Notes: generated by a model from the letters alone, not told the origin. DNA of 64,000 bases from a virus (IMGVR_UViG_3300027777_000022), one strand, 5' to 3'; shown: positions 51,812 through 61,039, counted from the stretch's first letter. Translations and numbers: made by a program.

Positions 51812-52895
51812 AAAAATCAAGCACAGCCTGTGCAACCACATCCACGTCCCCGGGGTTGAGCTGTGCATGAACTGGAAGACTAATACATTTAGCAGCTAGA
51901 CGTTCGCTGTTAGGCAAACTGATTGTAGACATATTTTGATATACAGGTTGTTGATGCATGGCTAATGGGAATTGGATGCCTGCCTGAATCCCCTGGTCAA
52001 GCAGAGATTCATAAAGTTCATCTCTACGATCAGTCATAATTACAAATTGATTGTAAACATGGCTACTGACTCGGTTTGATTGTGGCAACTGAATTTTATC
52101 GCAGTGTTTGAGTAATTCAAGATATTGTTGAGCATGCTCAACTCTTTTTTGATTCCATATGTCTAAAAAATCAAATTTAGCCGATAAGATAGCTGCCTGC
52201 ATAGCGTCAAGACGCTCATTCCACCCCACAATGTGGTGGACATATTTTACCTGGCGCCCATGATCTCGAAGCATTTTTATGTTGTCGATAAGTTTTTGAT
52301 TGCCAGTGACTGCACCAGCATCACCCATTGCTCCTAAGTTTTTTCCTGGATAGAAACTAAAACAAGTTAGATCTGCCTGATTTCCAATGGGTTGACCTTT
52401 GTACCGGCATCCTGCACTTTGCGCAGCATCTTGTATTAGTGGAATACCGGGTGCCAATTCTCGCAATTGTTGTAGAGCAACTGTTTGCCCGTAGAGATCA
52501 ACAAAAATAATTGCTCGAGTTTTCTTAGTGATTGTATTTTTGATCTGATCTACATCTATAGTATGATATTGATCAATGTCAACAAATTGAGGTACAGCAC
52601 CAATTTGGCTAACACATTCAGCTGTGCTAATAAAACTCATGCCGGGTACAATTACTTCGTCTCCGGATTTCACACCAACTGCTAACAAAGACAACATCAA
52701 TGCGCTGGTACCACTACTTACACCTGCACAATCTTCGGACTGAGTGTATTGTTTCCATTTGGTTTCAAACTCCTTAACCTCTGTGCCACCAATGAAAGAA
52801 CTATTGTCAATGCATCGTTTGATTGCAGCATCAATAGGAATTTTGGCCTCTGTGTATTCTTGAAACAAATTTGCGTATGGAATGATTATCTGCAT
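51804..52895 (-). CDS. DegT/DnrJ/EryC1/StrS PLP-dependent sugar aminotransferase (DesV/FdtB-like)
   Basis: VSSGTSAL, QDAAQS, FSFYPGKNLGAMGDAGAV (catalytic Lys), NERLDAMQAAIL, LPVH. Confidence 0.95.
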   Translation of the reverse strand: MQIIIPYANLFQEYTEAKIPIDAAIKRCIDNSSFIGGTEVKEFETKWKQYTQSEDCAGVSSGTSALMLSLLAVGVKSGDEVIVPGMSFISTAECVSQIGAVPQFVDIDQYHTIDVDQIKNTITKKTRAIIFVDLYGQTVALQQLRELAPGIPLIQDAAQSAGCRYKGQPIGNQADLTCFSFYPGKNLGAMGDAGAVTGNQKLIDNIKMLRDHGRQVKYVHHIVGWNERLDAMQAAILSAKFDFLDIWNQKRVEHAQQYLELLKHCDKIQLPQSNRVSSHVYNQFVIMTDRRDELYESLLDQGIQAGIQFPLAMHQQPVYQNMSTISLPNSERLAAKCISLPVHAQLNPGDVDVVAQAVLDFFN

Positions 52896-54268
52896 GTGAC
52901 TGGTCCTTGATTCCATGGTATACCAAACTTTTTGTCATCCATGGCCTGATTGATCAGCCTACTCACCACATGATCAAAGGCATCTAGATATCCTACATCA
53001 GGAGGCATCGGTCTTATTGTTTTTCCTGATTGTACAAAAGTTTGAACTACCTGTTCTACGCTACTGTTATTGATGCTTCCAATAATATATCGTTCAGCGC
53101 CTGGTCGATCTAAAAATCCACTTTCGTGGTACACATAAACATCGCCCTTGACATCAACTGCCACAGCCACTTGCGGAAAACTGTATGGCACCATTTCCTT
53201 CCAGGAGATCATTTTCAATGCACCAGAATTTTTTCCGTGTACCAGAGACTCTAATGCGTAACCAAAATCCCAATGTGTAGTAGGCCATTTGTTTTGTTTA
53301 AAATCTTTGATCTTGTCAAATATATCAACAAGTTGTGCTCTCTCCTCGTCACTGACTATGCGAACATTTTGACTAAAATCTTCTCTCAAAGTGACAAAGT
53401 CAATAGGACGAGTGGTGTGACTGTTGATATGATCAATGATATCAACCAGCTTTAATACATCTTTAGAAGATCCAGGAAGGATAATCCAATTTACCCCCAC
53501 ACGCACATCAGTGGTTGAGTTGATATAGTCAATGATGTTTTGTATGATACAATCAAAACTTTCAGAATGCCGGGTTACTTTGAAAGCACTATCTGTATCC
53601 ACACCGTATAGGCTGAATCGAACTGCATACAGATCTTTCATACCTGGGTTCTTCTCTACATACTTTGCGGTCATCATGTAACCATTGGTATAGAGTTGCA
53701 TCTTGTAACCACGCTGTTTGCCATAGGTAATGATATTACCTAGATAGCGATTGGTCAATGGCTCAAGTCCACCGCTGATTCTAAATCTATCATCCCAGAA
53801 TTGATCAGTCTTGGAGTCTTGATCAATGATCTGTTTGAATACATCAAACCCATGTTGTTCAAACTTCCGATCATATTTGGCAACAGGATTCCGCCCACAA
53901 AAATTGCAATAGAACATGCAACTCATGCCAGTGTATAACCCAATGCGATTTGGATACATGTAGTTATGATCTATAGCAGCATGCAACGAACCGTTGTTGA
54001 GTAATGGTTGGATGGTATTAGTCCAATACTTGGTGCCCTCACCACGGAGTAAGATATGATTTTGTGCATTGGCATCTTGCCGTAACATTTGTGATAATTC
54101 ACGCAATTGATCTGCAGAAATGTGTAGTGTGCCCGCTATTTTTCTTTGAGTCACAAAAGGATCATCGGCTAACATTTTACATATCTGTATGGACACAGAG
54201 TCCAAGTGAGAAATATCAGCAGCCTGATCAACAGCAACGGAACTATGGGTATAACCTAATCTTGTCAT
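52886..54268 (-). CDS. desII: DesII-like radical SAM NDP-4-amino-4,6-dideoxyhexose deaminase
   Basis: YWTNTIQPL, IGLYTGMSCMFYCNFC, SGGLEPLTN, LYTN, RFSLYG, LREDFS, DFGYALESL, PQVAVAVDVKGDVYVY, DAFDHVV, all collinear with DesII as recalled. Confidence 0.85.
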   Translation of the reverse strand: MTRLGYTHSSVAVDQAADISHLDSVSIQICKMLADDPFVTQRKIAGTLHISADQLRELSQMLRQDANAQNHILLRGEGTKYWTNTIQPLLNNGSLHAAIDHNYMYPNRIGLYTGMSCMFYCNFCGRNPVAKYDRKFEQHGFDVFKQIIDQDSKTDQFWDDRFRISGGLEPLTNRYLGNIITYGKQRGYKMQLYTNGYMMTAKYVEKNPGMKDLYAVRFSLYGVDTDSAFKVTRHSESFDCIIQNIIDYINSTTDVRVGVNWIILPGSSKDVLKLVDIIDHINSHTTRPIDFVTLREDFSQNVRIVSDEERAQLVDIFDKIKDFKQNKWPTTHWDFGYALESLVHGKNSGALKMISWKEMVPYSFPQVAVAVDVKGDVYVYHESGFLDRPGAERYIIGSINNSSVEQVVQTFVQSGKTIRPMPPDVGYLDAFDHVVSRLINQAMDDKKFGIPWNQGPVTCR

Positions 54269-54270
54269 AT

Positions 54271-55362
54271 TTAAACAGCAGCTAACACCGAATTGATAAT
54301 GTAGTCGGCTTCCAGATCAGTGAGTTCAGGATAGAACGGCAATGAGATGCAGCGTCGTGCTAGACTTGAGCTCACACTCAACAGGTTGGGTCCTTTACAA
54401 TTCTGATACGCATCTAGCTCATGTAGCGGATTCTTGTAGTGTATCTTGGTTTCAATTTGTCCAGCAGCAAGTCGTTGTTGCAATTCAACCTGGTTGTCAA
54501 CTTCAATCACAAACTTCTGTAACGCATGACCTCTAAAGTTGGTACTATCAATCAAACATCGGATAGATTTTTCTTCTAGCCGTACCATCCAGTATCTTGC
54601 TATCTGACTTCGACGCAGTTGCCAAACATCTAGATGTTGAGTCTTGACCATCATTTGCGCACAGTCAATTTCACTCATGCGACTGTTTGTACCTACAGTA
54701 GTATGCCCGCCAGCTTTGCCGTTGTTGCACCAATTGCGAGCATATTCAGCTAGATACAAATCAGAAGTGATTACAGCACCACCATTGCCATAGTTGGGTA
54801 GATTTTTAGTAGGATCAAAGCTGATAGCAGTGGAGTTAGCTTGCCGGTGACAATTATCCGACAGCCAATGTTGCGCACCATCTTCAATCAAACAATCAGT
54901 CATGGTATAACATCGCGATAATGCATTTAATGCAGCACCGTATAGGCCCACAACACAGATAGCATCATAGCTGCGGGTGTGATCATCCTGGATCACGGCA
55001 GGATCCATACATCCATATTTGTCAGTATCCACGATCTCCACTTGCCAGCCAGCCATAATGAATGCATTGGCTGTGGCAGGGTATGTCATAGCCGGGACCA
55101 AAACTGTGGGAGTCTTGCCTGCATCACGAATGTTATCAAAACAGTAGGCGGCAATGATCTCTAGAGCCTGTGTGCCCGAGTGACATGTTACCGCATGCAA
55201 ATTATGATTCTTTTTAGACAACCATGATTCAAACTCAGCGGTGTTGTTACCATCCATGAGATTACCAGAACGCAACACTATGTCAGTTGCATCCAGGATC
55301 TCCTCACGGAGATTGTTATACTGTCTTGGGAGCCCAGTAAATGCTATTTTTAAACCAGCCAT
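54271..55362 (-). CDS. Second, divergent DegT-family PLP aminotransferase
   Basis: HSGTQAL, EDGAQH, ISFDPTKNLPNYGNGGAV, NSRMSEIDCA, SLPFYPEL. Confidence 0.92.
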   Translation of the reverse strand: MAGLKIAFTGLPRQYNNLREEILDATDIVLRSGNLMDGNNTAEFESWLSKKNHNLHAVTCHSGTQALEIIAAYCFDNIRDAGKTPTVLVPAMTYPATANAFIMAGWQVEIVDTDKYGCMDPAVIQDDHTRSYDAICVVGLYGAALNALSRCYTMTDCLIEDGAQHWLSDNCHRQANSTAISFDPTKNLPNYGNGGAVITSDLYLAEYARNWCNNGKAGGHTTVGTNSRMSEIDCAQMMVKTQHLDVWQLRRSQIARYWMVRLEEKSIRCLIDSTNFRGHALQKFVIEVDNQVELQQRLAAGQIETKIHYKNPLHELDAYQNCKGPNLLSVSSSLARRCISLPFYPELTDLEADYIINSVLAAV

Positions 55363-56293
55363 AGTAGTTTTTAAATCCTTCTTCAACATCAACCTGTGGG
55401 TTGTAACCTAAAACTTGTTTGGCACGATCAATATTCAATGCACCACGTGATGGAAAGTCTGCATCTCGATCGCGTAGTTCAATTGAGCCTTTGCCTACAA
55501 TCTCAATGATCATTCTAGCAGCCTGTAACAAGCTCACGCTGTGGCTTTTTGTGATATTGAATGTTTGATTGGCAGCAGCAGGCACAAGTGCAGCAGCCAC
55601 CACACCATCAGCGGCATCATCTACATAAGTGAAGTCTAGTGTTTCGCTTGATCCGTTAACTCGGAGCACTCCGCCGCGCATTGCTGTGAGCATGAATTTT
55701 GAGACCACGCGGTCTTCCACGTCCAAGGGGCCGTATACAGCACTAGGCCTAAGTATAACACAATCAAAACATCCCCTACGAGTATAGTCTTTAACAAGGT
55801 CTTCTCCTGCAAGTTTCATAATTCCATATTGTCCCTGTGGCCCGCACACAGCATCCTCAGTTACATCATCCACAAAGTCTCCGTACACCATTGAGCTAGA
55901 GATGTAAACAACTCGCTTCACATGGTGTTGTTTGGCACCCTCGAGCACATTGATCAATCCTTCCATCATGACACTAGCACCCCATGCAGGGTTAGCATTC
56001 ACAACTTTCTGTCGAGGAAATGACGCCATGTGTATCACTACATCGGGCTGCTCTATTTCAAATATGTCGTTGATAGATTCTCTATCACAGATATCTCGAG
56101 TGTACATGTGTGAAGGTGATTGATTTATTTTCTTCAGTCTTTCTCTTATCAAGTAGTCAAGTTCTGATTGTGGGATCATTCCGTATGTGGTCCGGTTATC
56201 AACTATGGATACTGTGTGTGATTGATCTTGTAGTCTCTTGACTACATTGTGTCCAATGAGTCCAAGTCCACCAGTGACTAATATTTTCTTCAT
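55316..56293 (-). CDS. NAD-dependent epimerase/dehydratase (extended SDR)
   Basis: ILVTGGLGLIG, ISSSMVYG, YGIMK (YxxxK), RPSAVYGP, DFTYVDD. Confidence 0.95.
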   Translation of the reverse strand: MKKILVTGGLGLIGHNVVKRLQDQSHTVSIVDNRTTYGMIPQSELDYLIRERLKKINQSPSHMYTRDICDRESINDIFEIEQPDVVIHMASFPRQKVVNANPAWGASVMMEGLINVLEGAKQHHVKRVVYISSSMVYGDFVDDVTEDAVCGPQGQYGIMKLAGEDLVKDYTRRGCFDCVILRPSAVYGPLDVEDRVVSKFMLTAMRGGVLRVNGSSETLDFTYVDDAADGVVAAALVPAAANQTFNITKSHSVSLLQAARMIIEIVGKGSIELRDRDADFPSRGALNIDRAKQVLGYNPQVDVEEGFKNYYGWFKNSIYWAPKTV

Positions 56294-56781
56294 TCAGGAA
56301 CCTTTATTAATTCTGGAGAATATTGTGCAAAGTTTTTATCTTTGTTATTAACATCTATATTCTTTGCATTTTCAAGTCGGGCCGTTCTAGCACGTAATTC
56401 GCTTGAGCTATAATTGTGTTGACGCTTATGATAGTGTAGCTCAACGCCGTTATTCATACACCATTGCTTACCTGTGAAATCTCTATTTAAATATTCGTCA
56501 CTCAAGAAACGTATATGAATAAGTTGAGTCTGCATTAATTGTAATAGATCGTATTCAGTTTCGTAGATAAGAATTTCATCCACATACTTACAGGCCTGTA
56601 ATTGCACATACCGTTCATATGCACTTTGTACAGGTTGATTTTTAACACCTGGCCGGTCAATGGTAGGATCAATTTGTAATGCCACAATGAGATAATCGCA
56701 CAACTGCTTTTCCATTTTTAACATGGTAACGTGGCCAGCGTGTAATAGATCAAAACTACTACAGTTGAATCCAATTTTCAT
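56290..56781 (-). CDS. Cytidylyltransferase-like nucleotidyltransferase (TagD/RfaE-like, HIGH motif)
   Basis: FDLLHAGHV, ERYVQL-x-ACKYVDEI, YSSSELR; ATGA-coupled start at 56781. Confidence 0.88.
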   Translation of the reverse strand: MKIGFNCSSFDLLHAGHVTMLKMEKQLCDYLIVALQIDPTIDRPGVKNQPVQSAYERYVQLQACKYVDEILIYETEYDLLQLMQTQLIHIRFLSDEYLNRDFTGKQWCMNNGVELHYHKRQHNYSSSELRARTARLENAKNIDVNNKDKNFAQYSPELIKVPE

Positions 56782-57056
56782 TTTGCTCCCCATTTCATTG
56801 TGTAAAACATGTAGACTTTATCGTCCATATATGTAACATCACCGCTTTTTAAATAATCCCAATGACATCCATATTTGTACGCACCGGGTTTACCATACGT
56901 GTTCCATAACCATTCTTGCTGTTGAGGACTAAAAGTACCTTTTCTACGATACAGCAAGAACGGAACAAACTCTGTGCCATTCCATATCAGTTTCTTAACC
57001 GGCGGCGGTAAAACTATGTCCTGCTTGTCAACGAATTCAACAGTTGGTGTTAACAT
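56778..57056 (-). CDS. Small hypothetical protein
   Basis: ORF track, 92 aa; overlap-coupled. Confidence 0.65.
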   Translation of the reverse strand: MLTPTVEFVDKQDIVLPPPVKKLIWNGTEFVPFLLYRRKGTFSPQQQEWLWNTYGKPGAYKYGCHWDYLKSGDVTYMDDKVYMFYTMKWGAK

Positions 57057-57375
57057 ACTTCAAGGTGTAAAAAGTCTGATCAGATTCTCTCATGCGAGCC
57101 ATAATTGCAAACTCAAATCCATGCCACAAGTGATCCACATGCCGTACCCACCAAGGTGGTTCCACAGCATTCTCCATCACAAATTTGCCAGCTTCGGTTT
57201 GTTGCCATTCCCATATGGGTTGGCTAGCATACAGCACAGGATCATCAACATCGCCCATGCGGAATCGATGAACCACCATGTCTGAAAATTTAACAACGTT
57301 GCCGTCGATAACTTTACATTCAGGTGGTCTACGGTGCTTGCTGTGTTCTCTCTCCAGGTTACGCAAAATGGCCAT
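57037..57375 (-). CDS. Small hypothetical protein
   Basis: ORF track, 112 aa; directly after a promoter. Confidence 0.7.
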   Translation of the reverse strand: MAILRNLEREHSKHRRPPECKVIDGNVVKFSDMVVHRFRMGDVDDPVLYASQPIWEWQQTEAGKFVMENAVEPPWWVRHVDHLWHGFEFAIMARMRESDQTFYTLKYVNTNC

Positions 57376-57380
57376 GTGCT

Positions 57381-57409
57381 AGTATAGCACCACAACTATT
57401 ACTTTGCAA
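57381..57409 (-). promoter_or_regulatory. Sigma70-type promoter, probably leaderless
   Basis: TTGCAA-N17-TATACT, ATG 6 nt downstream. Confidence 0.6.
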
Positions 57410-58067
57410 CTAGATCGGCGGCCATTGGGAAAATTTGGGCAATAACTTGAGCACAAGCCAGCGCAACTTCTTGATGTTCTCGCTGTGTGCCGTTTGCACT
57501 ACGCAGTTCAATAAAGTGAATCCAACTGCGCAATGTGCCATTCATGTATAGTCTGCTGACTGTGTTACCTTCGGGCAGGATGGCCCGTGCTTGTTCTTTG
57601 GCAATACCACGCTCAATGGCTCGAGCATAGTGTTTGCGAACCAGGGCAATCACTTCTTGTTGAGCACCGTCCCACCATAGTGCTAGGTCTTGATCGTCGG
57701 TGTCAATGCTGTTCTGTCTATTCTTTGTGTCTTGTAGTCGTGCTTCACGTAACACAAAGTCTAGATCCTTGGTTGGATCAGCATAACGTTGGCTGAACTC
57801 TTGAAAACTAAAACTACGATGACGTAGGATTTGTCTTGCAATGTCTCGTGTGGTGGTAATCTCAATACAAGCTGATACCATTTCTAATGGTGACCAGTGC
57901 TGGTGTTTGACCAAGTAGTTGATGAGTTTTGCTGATGTATCTGTGTTGAGTTGATTTGAAGGATTGCTTACCCGGGCACAATATGCCACTAGTTCTTGGG
58001 CATCATCGATGCCTTGGCTTGCGAATTCTTCTGTTGGTTGGCTGTGGCTGAGTAATCGAGCGTTCAT
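57399..58067 (-). CDS. thyX: FAD-dependent thymidylate synthase
   Basis: HWSPLEM, RHRSFSFQEFSQRY signature, RSWIHFIELR-x5-QREH. Confidence 0.97.
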   Translation of the reverse strand: MNARLLSHSQPTEEFASQGIDDAQELVAYCARVSNPSNQLNTDTSAKLINYLVKHQHWSPLEMVSACIEITTTRDIARQILRHRSFSFQEFSQRYADPTKDLDFVLREARLQDTKNRQNSIDTDDQDLALWWDGAQQEVIALVRKHYARAIERGIAKEQARAILPEGNTVSRLYMNGTLRSWIHFIELRSANGTQREHQEVALACAQVIAQIFPMAADLVAK

Positions 58068-58366
58068 AGTTTCTTTAGTAATTTATCTGTAGCTGGTTGT
58101 ACAATGCCAGCTACAGTGTTAACATCCACCACAAAGTCAATGGTGCGTACTGTATCTCCCAGCATTGAAAGATTCCTGTTTAGGATTTCCTCAACTTCAT
58201 CATCGTCAAGACCGTCGCGACGTAGTCTAGCAAGATTGATGGTCTTTTGTTTACCACCATCAATCTTGATAATCATTTTGTTAATACATCTTAACGGTAC
58301 TTCGGTCTTGTCGACTTCAGAAATTATGTAATCCCACTTGGCTAAGAATTCATCACTCAGTGGCAT
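58064..58366 (-). CDS. Hypothetical protein (100 aa)
   Basis: ORF track; ATGA overlap with thyX. Confidence 0.75.
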   Translation of the reverse strand: MPLSDEFLAKWDYIISEVDKTEVPLRCINKMIIKIDGGKQKTINLARLRRDGLDDDEVEEILNRNLSMLGDTVRTIDFVVDVNTVAGIVQPATDKLLKKL

Positions 58367-59111
58367 GAGCAGCAGCCTTGGCCTTTGAAGGGCGGCCTTT
58401 TTTTACTGCGGCAACTTTAGGTGCGTCAACTTCCACTTGTGGAATTGGCACCATCTTGGGCAAGTCCATCATCTTCACACCAGGAAACATTCTTTCAGCT
58501 TCTTTCTTCATTCTGGCTGCTTCGTTGATCATACCAGTTGCTTCATTGTGCATGCGTACAGCTTGAGTAAGCATGTTGGCAGCAATGGTCTTGTCGTCCA
58601 ACGCACCATCTGAGGGTGCAGCAGTGTAACCTGCCTCTATCGGTTTAGAGCGTGATTGTTGTCCAGCTTTGTATGCGGCTTCGGCAGCACGTTTGGTTTT
58701 GGGATCAACAATACCACGACTGTTGTCAATCTCTGCCAGTTTACGCACAGCGTCCTCGCCTTTTTTCATCTCATTGAGGATCTTGTTGAGTTCACTGAGT
58801 CTCACATTGGAGTTCATGTTGGGTGTCATTAATACCTGTTCAGTTTGCACACGTTTCATCAAGCGTTCACTATGCAAGGTCTGCAACATGTTACGACCAT
58901 CGGGCAAGATGTTGCGATTGAGTGCATCTGCAAATTCTTCAGCAGCTTGCCCAACTGGACTTTCCAATACCTTCATCAATGGGTCGTGAATGCTGATAGG
59001 CAGCAGGTCTGGATAGATGCAAAGGCACATGTGATCGTCGCCAGGAATTTGTCTAAAAATCACTGCAACTTTACGGTCGCCATGTTTACCAATGTGTTTT
59101 AAAAATGCCAT
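58353..59111 (-). CDS. Hypothetical protein (252 aa)
   Basis: Start MAFLKHIGKH at 59111 with AAGGAG; the longer track start overlaps the upstream gene. Confidence 0.75.
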   Translation of the reverse strand: MAFLKHIGKHGDRKVAVIFRQIPGDDHMCLCIYPDLLPISIHDPLMKVLESPVGQAAEEFADALNRNILPDGRNMLQTLHSERLMKRVQTEQVLMTPNMNSNVRLSELNKILNEMKKGEDAVRKLAEIDNSRGIVDPKTKRAAEAAYKAGQQSRSKPIEAGYTAAPSDGALDDKTIAANMLTQAVRMHNEATGMINEAARMKKEAERMFPGVKMMDLPKMVPIPQVEVDAPKVAAVKKGRPSKAKAAAHATE

Positions 59112-59112
59112 A

Positions 59113-59364
59113 TTATGCTCCTTGAGGGTTTGTAGATTCTGCAGAATCTGGCACTCCAGCCTGGGGCTGAGTTTCTGCTGTGGCGGCTGCTTCTGCTTCT
59201 GCTTGGGCCACAGCAGCCTTGATGAAAAGATCAATCTTTTCATACAAGGTTCCTACTTGTTTTGCTTCAGCAGCACCAAAGGCACCACGTTTGACAGCAG
59301 TGTCGATCACATCGCGAGCTAACGCAATGTCAGTGATTGTGAGTTGAGTGTTGGTGTTTTCCAT
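59113..59364 (-). CDS. Small hypothetical protein (83 aa)
   Basis: LTITDI...IDTAVKRGAF...VGTLYEK; preceded by TAAATA. Confidence 0.75.
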   Translation of the reverse strand: MENTNTQLTITDIALARDVIDTAVKRGAFGAAEAKQVGTLYEKIDLFIKAAVAQAEAEAAATAETQPQAGVPDSAESTNPQGA

Positions 59365-59369
59365 ACAGA

Positions 59370-59375
59370 TATTTA
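59370..59375 (-). promoter_or_regulatory. Late promoter TAAATA
   Basis: Minus strand atgTAAATAtctgtATG, just after a terminator. Confidence 0.55.
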
Positions 59376-59378
59376 CAT

Positions 59379-59415
59379 AAAAAAACCCTCTGATATAAAT
59401 TTTTCAGAGGGTTTT
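59379..59415 (-). terminator. Rho-independent terminator after the vWA gene
   Basis: 12-bp stem AAAACCCTCTGA/TCAGAGGGTTTT followed by a T-run on the minus strand. Confidence 0.8.
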
Positions 59416-59432
59416 GGCAAACCAAGCTGACG

Positions 59433-60719
59433 TTATTTTTTGTGTTCCTCGTAGTAGGCATGAACGCCCCAGGGTGGAACAATGCTGGTAGTACCATGCA
59501 GGATCCAAGTCACTTCGCAGTAGTTCTCATCACCCCAGCTGCCACACGGATAACCATCTGTAAACACTACCAAGCGACGCGGCACAATGTCGTTTTCTTT
59601 GAAGTATTCGTAAAAGCAATCAAAGTCTGTACCACCACCGCCTGTTACTTCATAATCGCAGATACTATCCAAGTTATCAGAATCGTATTGTTGCGGATTG
59701 TATGCTTGGGTATCAAAAGTCACAACATGGATCTTGTACGCAGGAAACGAATCCATAATACCTTGGATCTCGCCCAGGAAGTCGCGCAGCATATCCATAC
59801 CAATACTGCCAGATGCATCAATTGCAATGGCAATATCAATCATCTCATCAGGCTTCATACCTGGCATTACTGCATCCATGTGCCAGCCTCGACGGCTTGC
59901 TCGCATCCAAGTGTAGTCACTCTTGATGGTACTTTCCAAGTTCATGCGCAGCAGCTCACGCCAGTTCATCTGCGGCTCTGTCATTTCATTGATCAGTCGC
60001 TGAACTCCCAACGGAATATTACCAGCACCATCCACTGTGGCAGCAGCAGCCAGCATGGCTTCTTTGATCTCGTCCTTGATGGCCTGACGTTCAGCTTCAC
60101 TTATCCGTGGACGACCTTTGCCTTTGCCGTCACCATCGCTGTCACCGCCAGCACCGTCTGCATCACCTTCACCATCCAAGTGATCATCTAACAGCTGGTT
60201 GATAAGATCTTGCAGACTGATTTTCTTCACGTTCTTCATAAGGTCGTCGTACACCTTCTCAGAACTCCAACCGTTGTACTTGCGATCGTACAAACAAGGC
60301 ACTGACGTGATGAACTCACCAACACCATGTTCTTTCAAGTCTGCGTTAACGCAGAAGTCATTGGCCACATTCCAAATCTGTGGGTCACGTTCGTTACGAC
60401 GTCCAAAGTGATCATAAACACAATGCAACACTTCATGTCCAAACAAGAACTCAATTTCCTTGGGCTTGAGCAGTTCGATAAAGCGAGTGTTGTAATAGAA
60501 GTGACGTCCGTCTGTGGCAGCAGTACCGCACCATTCATCTGCGTTAACCAGCTTGAGTCGAGTGGCCAAGTTGCCAAAGAAGCTGGCTTTCAACAGCAAC
60601 CCCACACGGGCTGTGATCAGCTTCTCACGGACTTTGACGTCCAGCTTCATGTCTTTGGGACCAATGAGGTCTTTGAATTTATCTTCTTTTTTGTTAGCTG
60701 TGGTGTTAGCAGTTGCCAT
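59433..60719 (-). CDS. Metallopeptidase-like (HEXXH) plus vWA domain protein (DUF2201-type)
   Basis: TAATDG, HEVLH, NVANDFCVN; vWA IAIDASGSI, VTFDT, GGGGTDF, VFTDG. Confidence 0.9.
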   Translation of the reverse strand: MATANTTANKKEDKFKDLIGPKDMKLDVKVREKLITARVGLLLKASFFGNLATRLKLVNADEWCGTAATDGRHFYYNTRFIELLKPKEIEFLFGHEVLHCVYDHFGRRNERDPQIWNVANDFCVNADLKEHGVGEFITSVPCLYDRKYNGWSSEKVYDDLMKNVKKISLQDLINQLLDDHLDGEGDADGAGGDSDGDGKGKGRPRISEAERQAIKDEIKEAMLAAAATVDGAGNIPLGVQRLINEMTEPQMNWRELLRMNLESTIKSDYTWMRASRRGWHMDAVMPGMKPDEMIDIAIAIDASGSIGMDMLRDFLGEIQGIMDSFPAYKIHVVTFDTQAYNPQQYDSDNLDSICDYEVTGGGGTDFDCFYEYFKENDIVPRRLVVFTDGYPCGSWGDENYCEVTWILHGTTSIVPPWGVHAYYEEHKK

Positions 60720-60743
60720 AGAGTGTTCCTTGTAGATGTGTGT

Positions 60744-60772
60744 ATTATACTGCGGACTGAATTAGCAGTCAA
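60744..60772 (-). promoter_or_regulatory. Early sigma70-type promoter A
   Basis: TTGACT-N17-TATAAT followed by AAGGA RBS. Confidence 0.8.
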
Positions 60773-60779
60773 CTACAGA

Positions 60780-61007
60780 TTATGCCGTAGCCAATTCAAC
60801 CTTTGCAACACGCATTGCCTTGAGATTAGACTCAGTAGCGCAAAGACGAACGCTATATGCACGGCCTTGTTTGTTGATAGCTTGGATGTCAATCCAAGGA
60901 ACCGTTTGATCAGCAGCATTGAGATTCAAACAGATGTTGGTGATAACACCTGTCAGGTCACCGGCTGCACAAGACCAAGTCACGGTATCGTTAATATTGA
61001 GATTCAT
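60780..61007 (-). CDS. Small hypothetical protein (75 aa)
   Basis: ORF track; own promoter and TAGGA RBS. Confidence 0.75.
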   Translation of the reverse strand: MNLNINDTVTWSCAAGDLTGVITNICLNLNAADQTVPWIDIQAINKQGRAYSVRLCATESNLKAMRVAKVELATA

Positions 61008-61039
61008 TTTGGGTCCTAGTTGTTGCTGCGTATGTGTAT

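Noticed and set aside
57399-58067. thyX as a DNA base-modification enzyme
   Set aside because: Canonical ThyX signature and size; ordinary nucleotide-supply gene with no hydroxymethylase features
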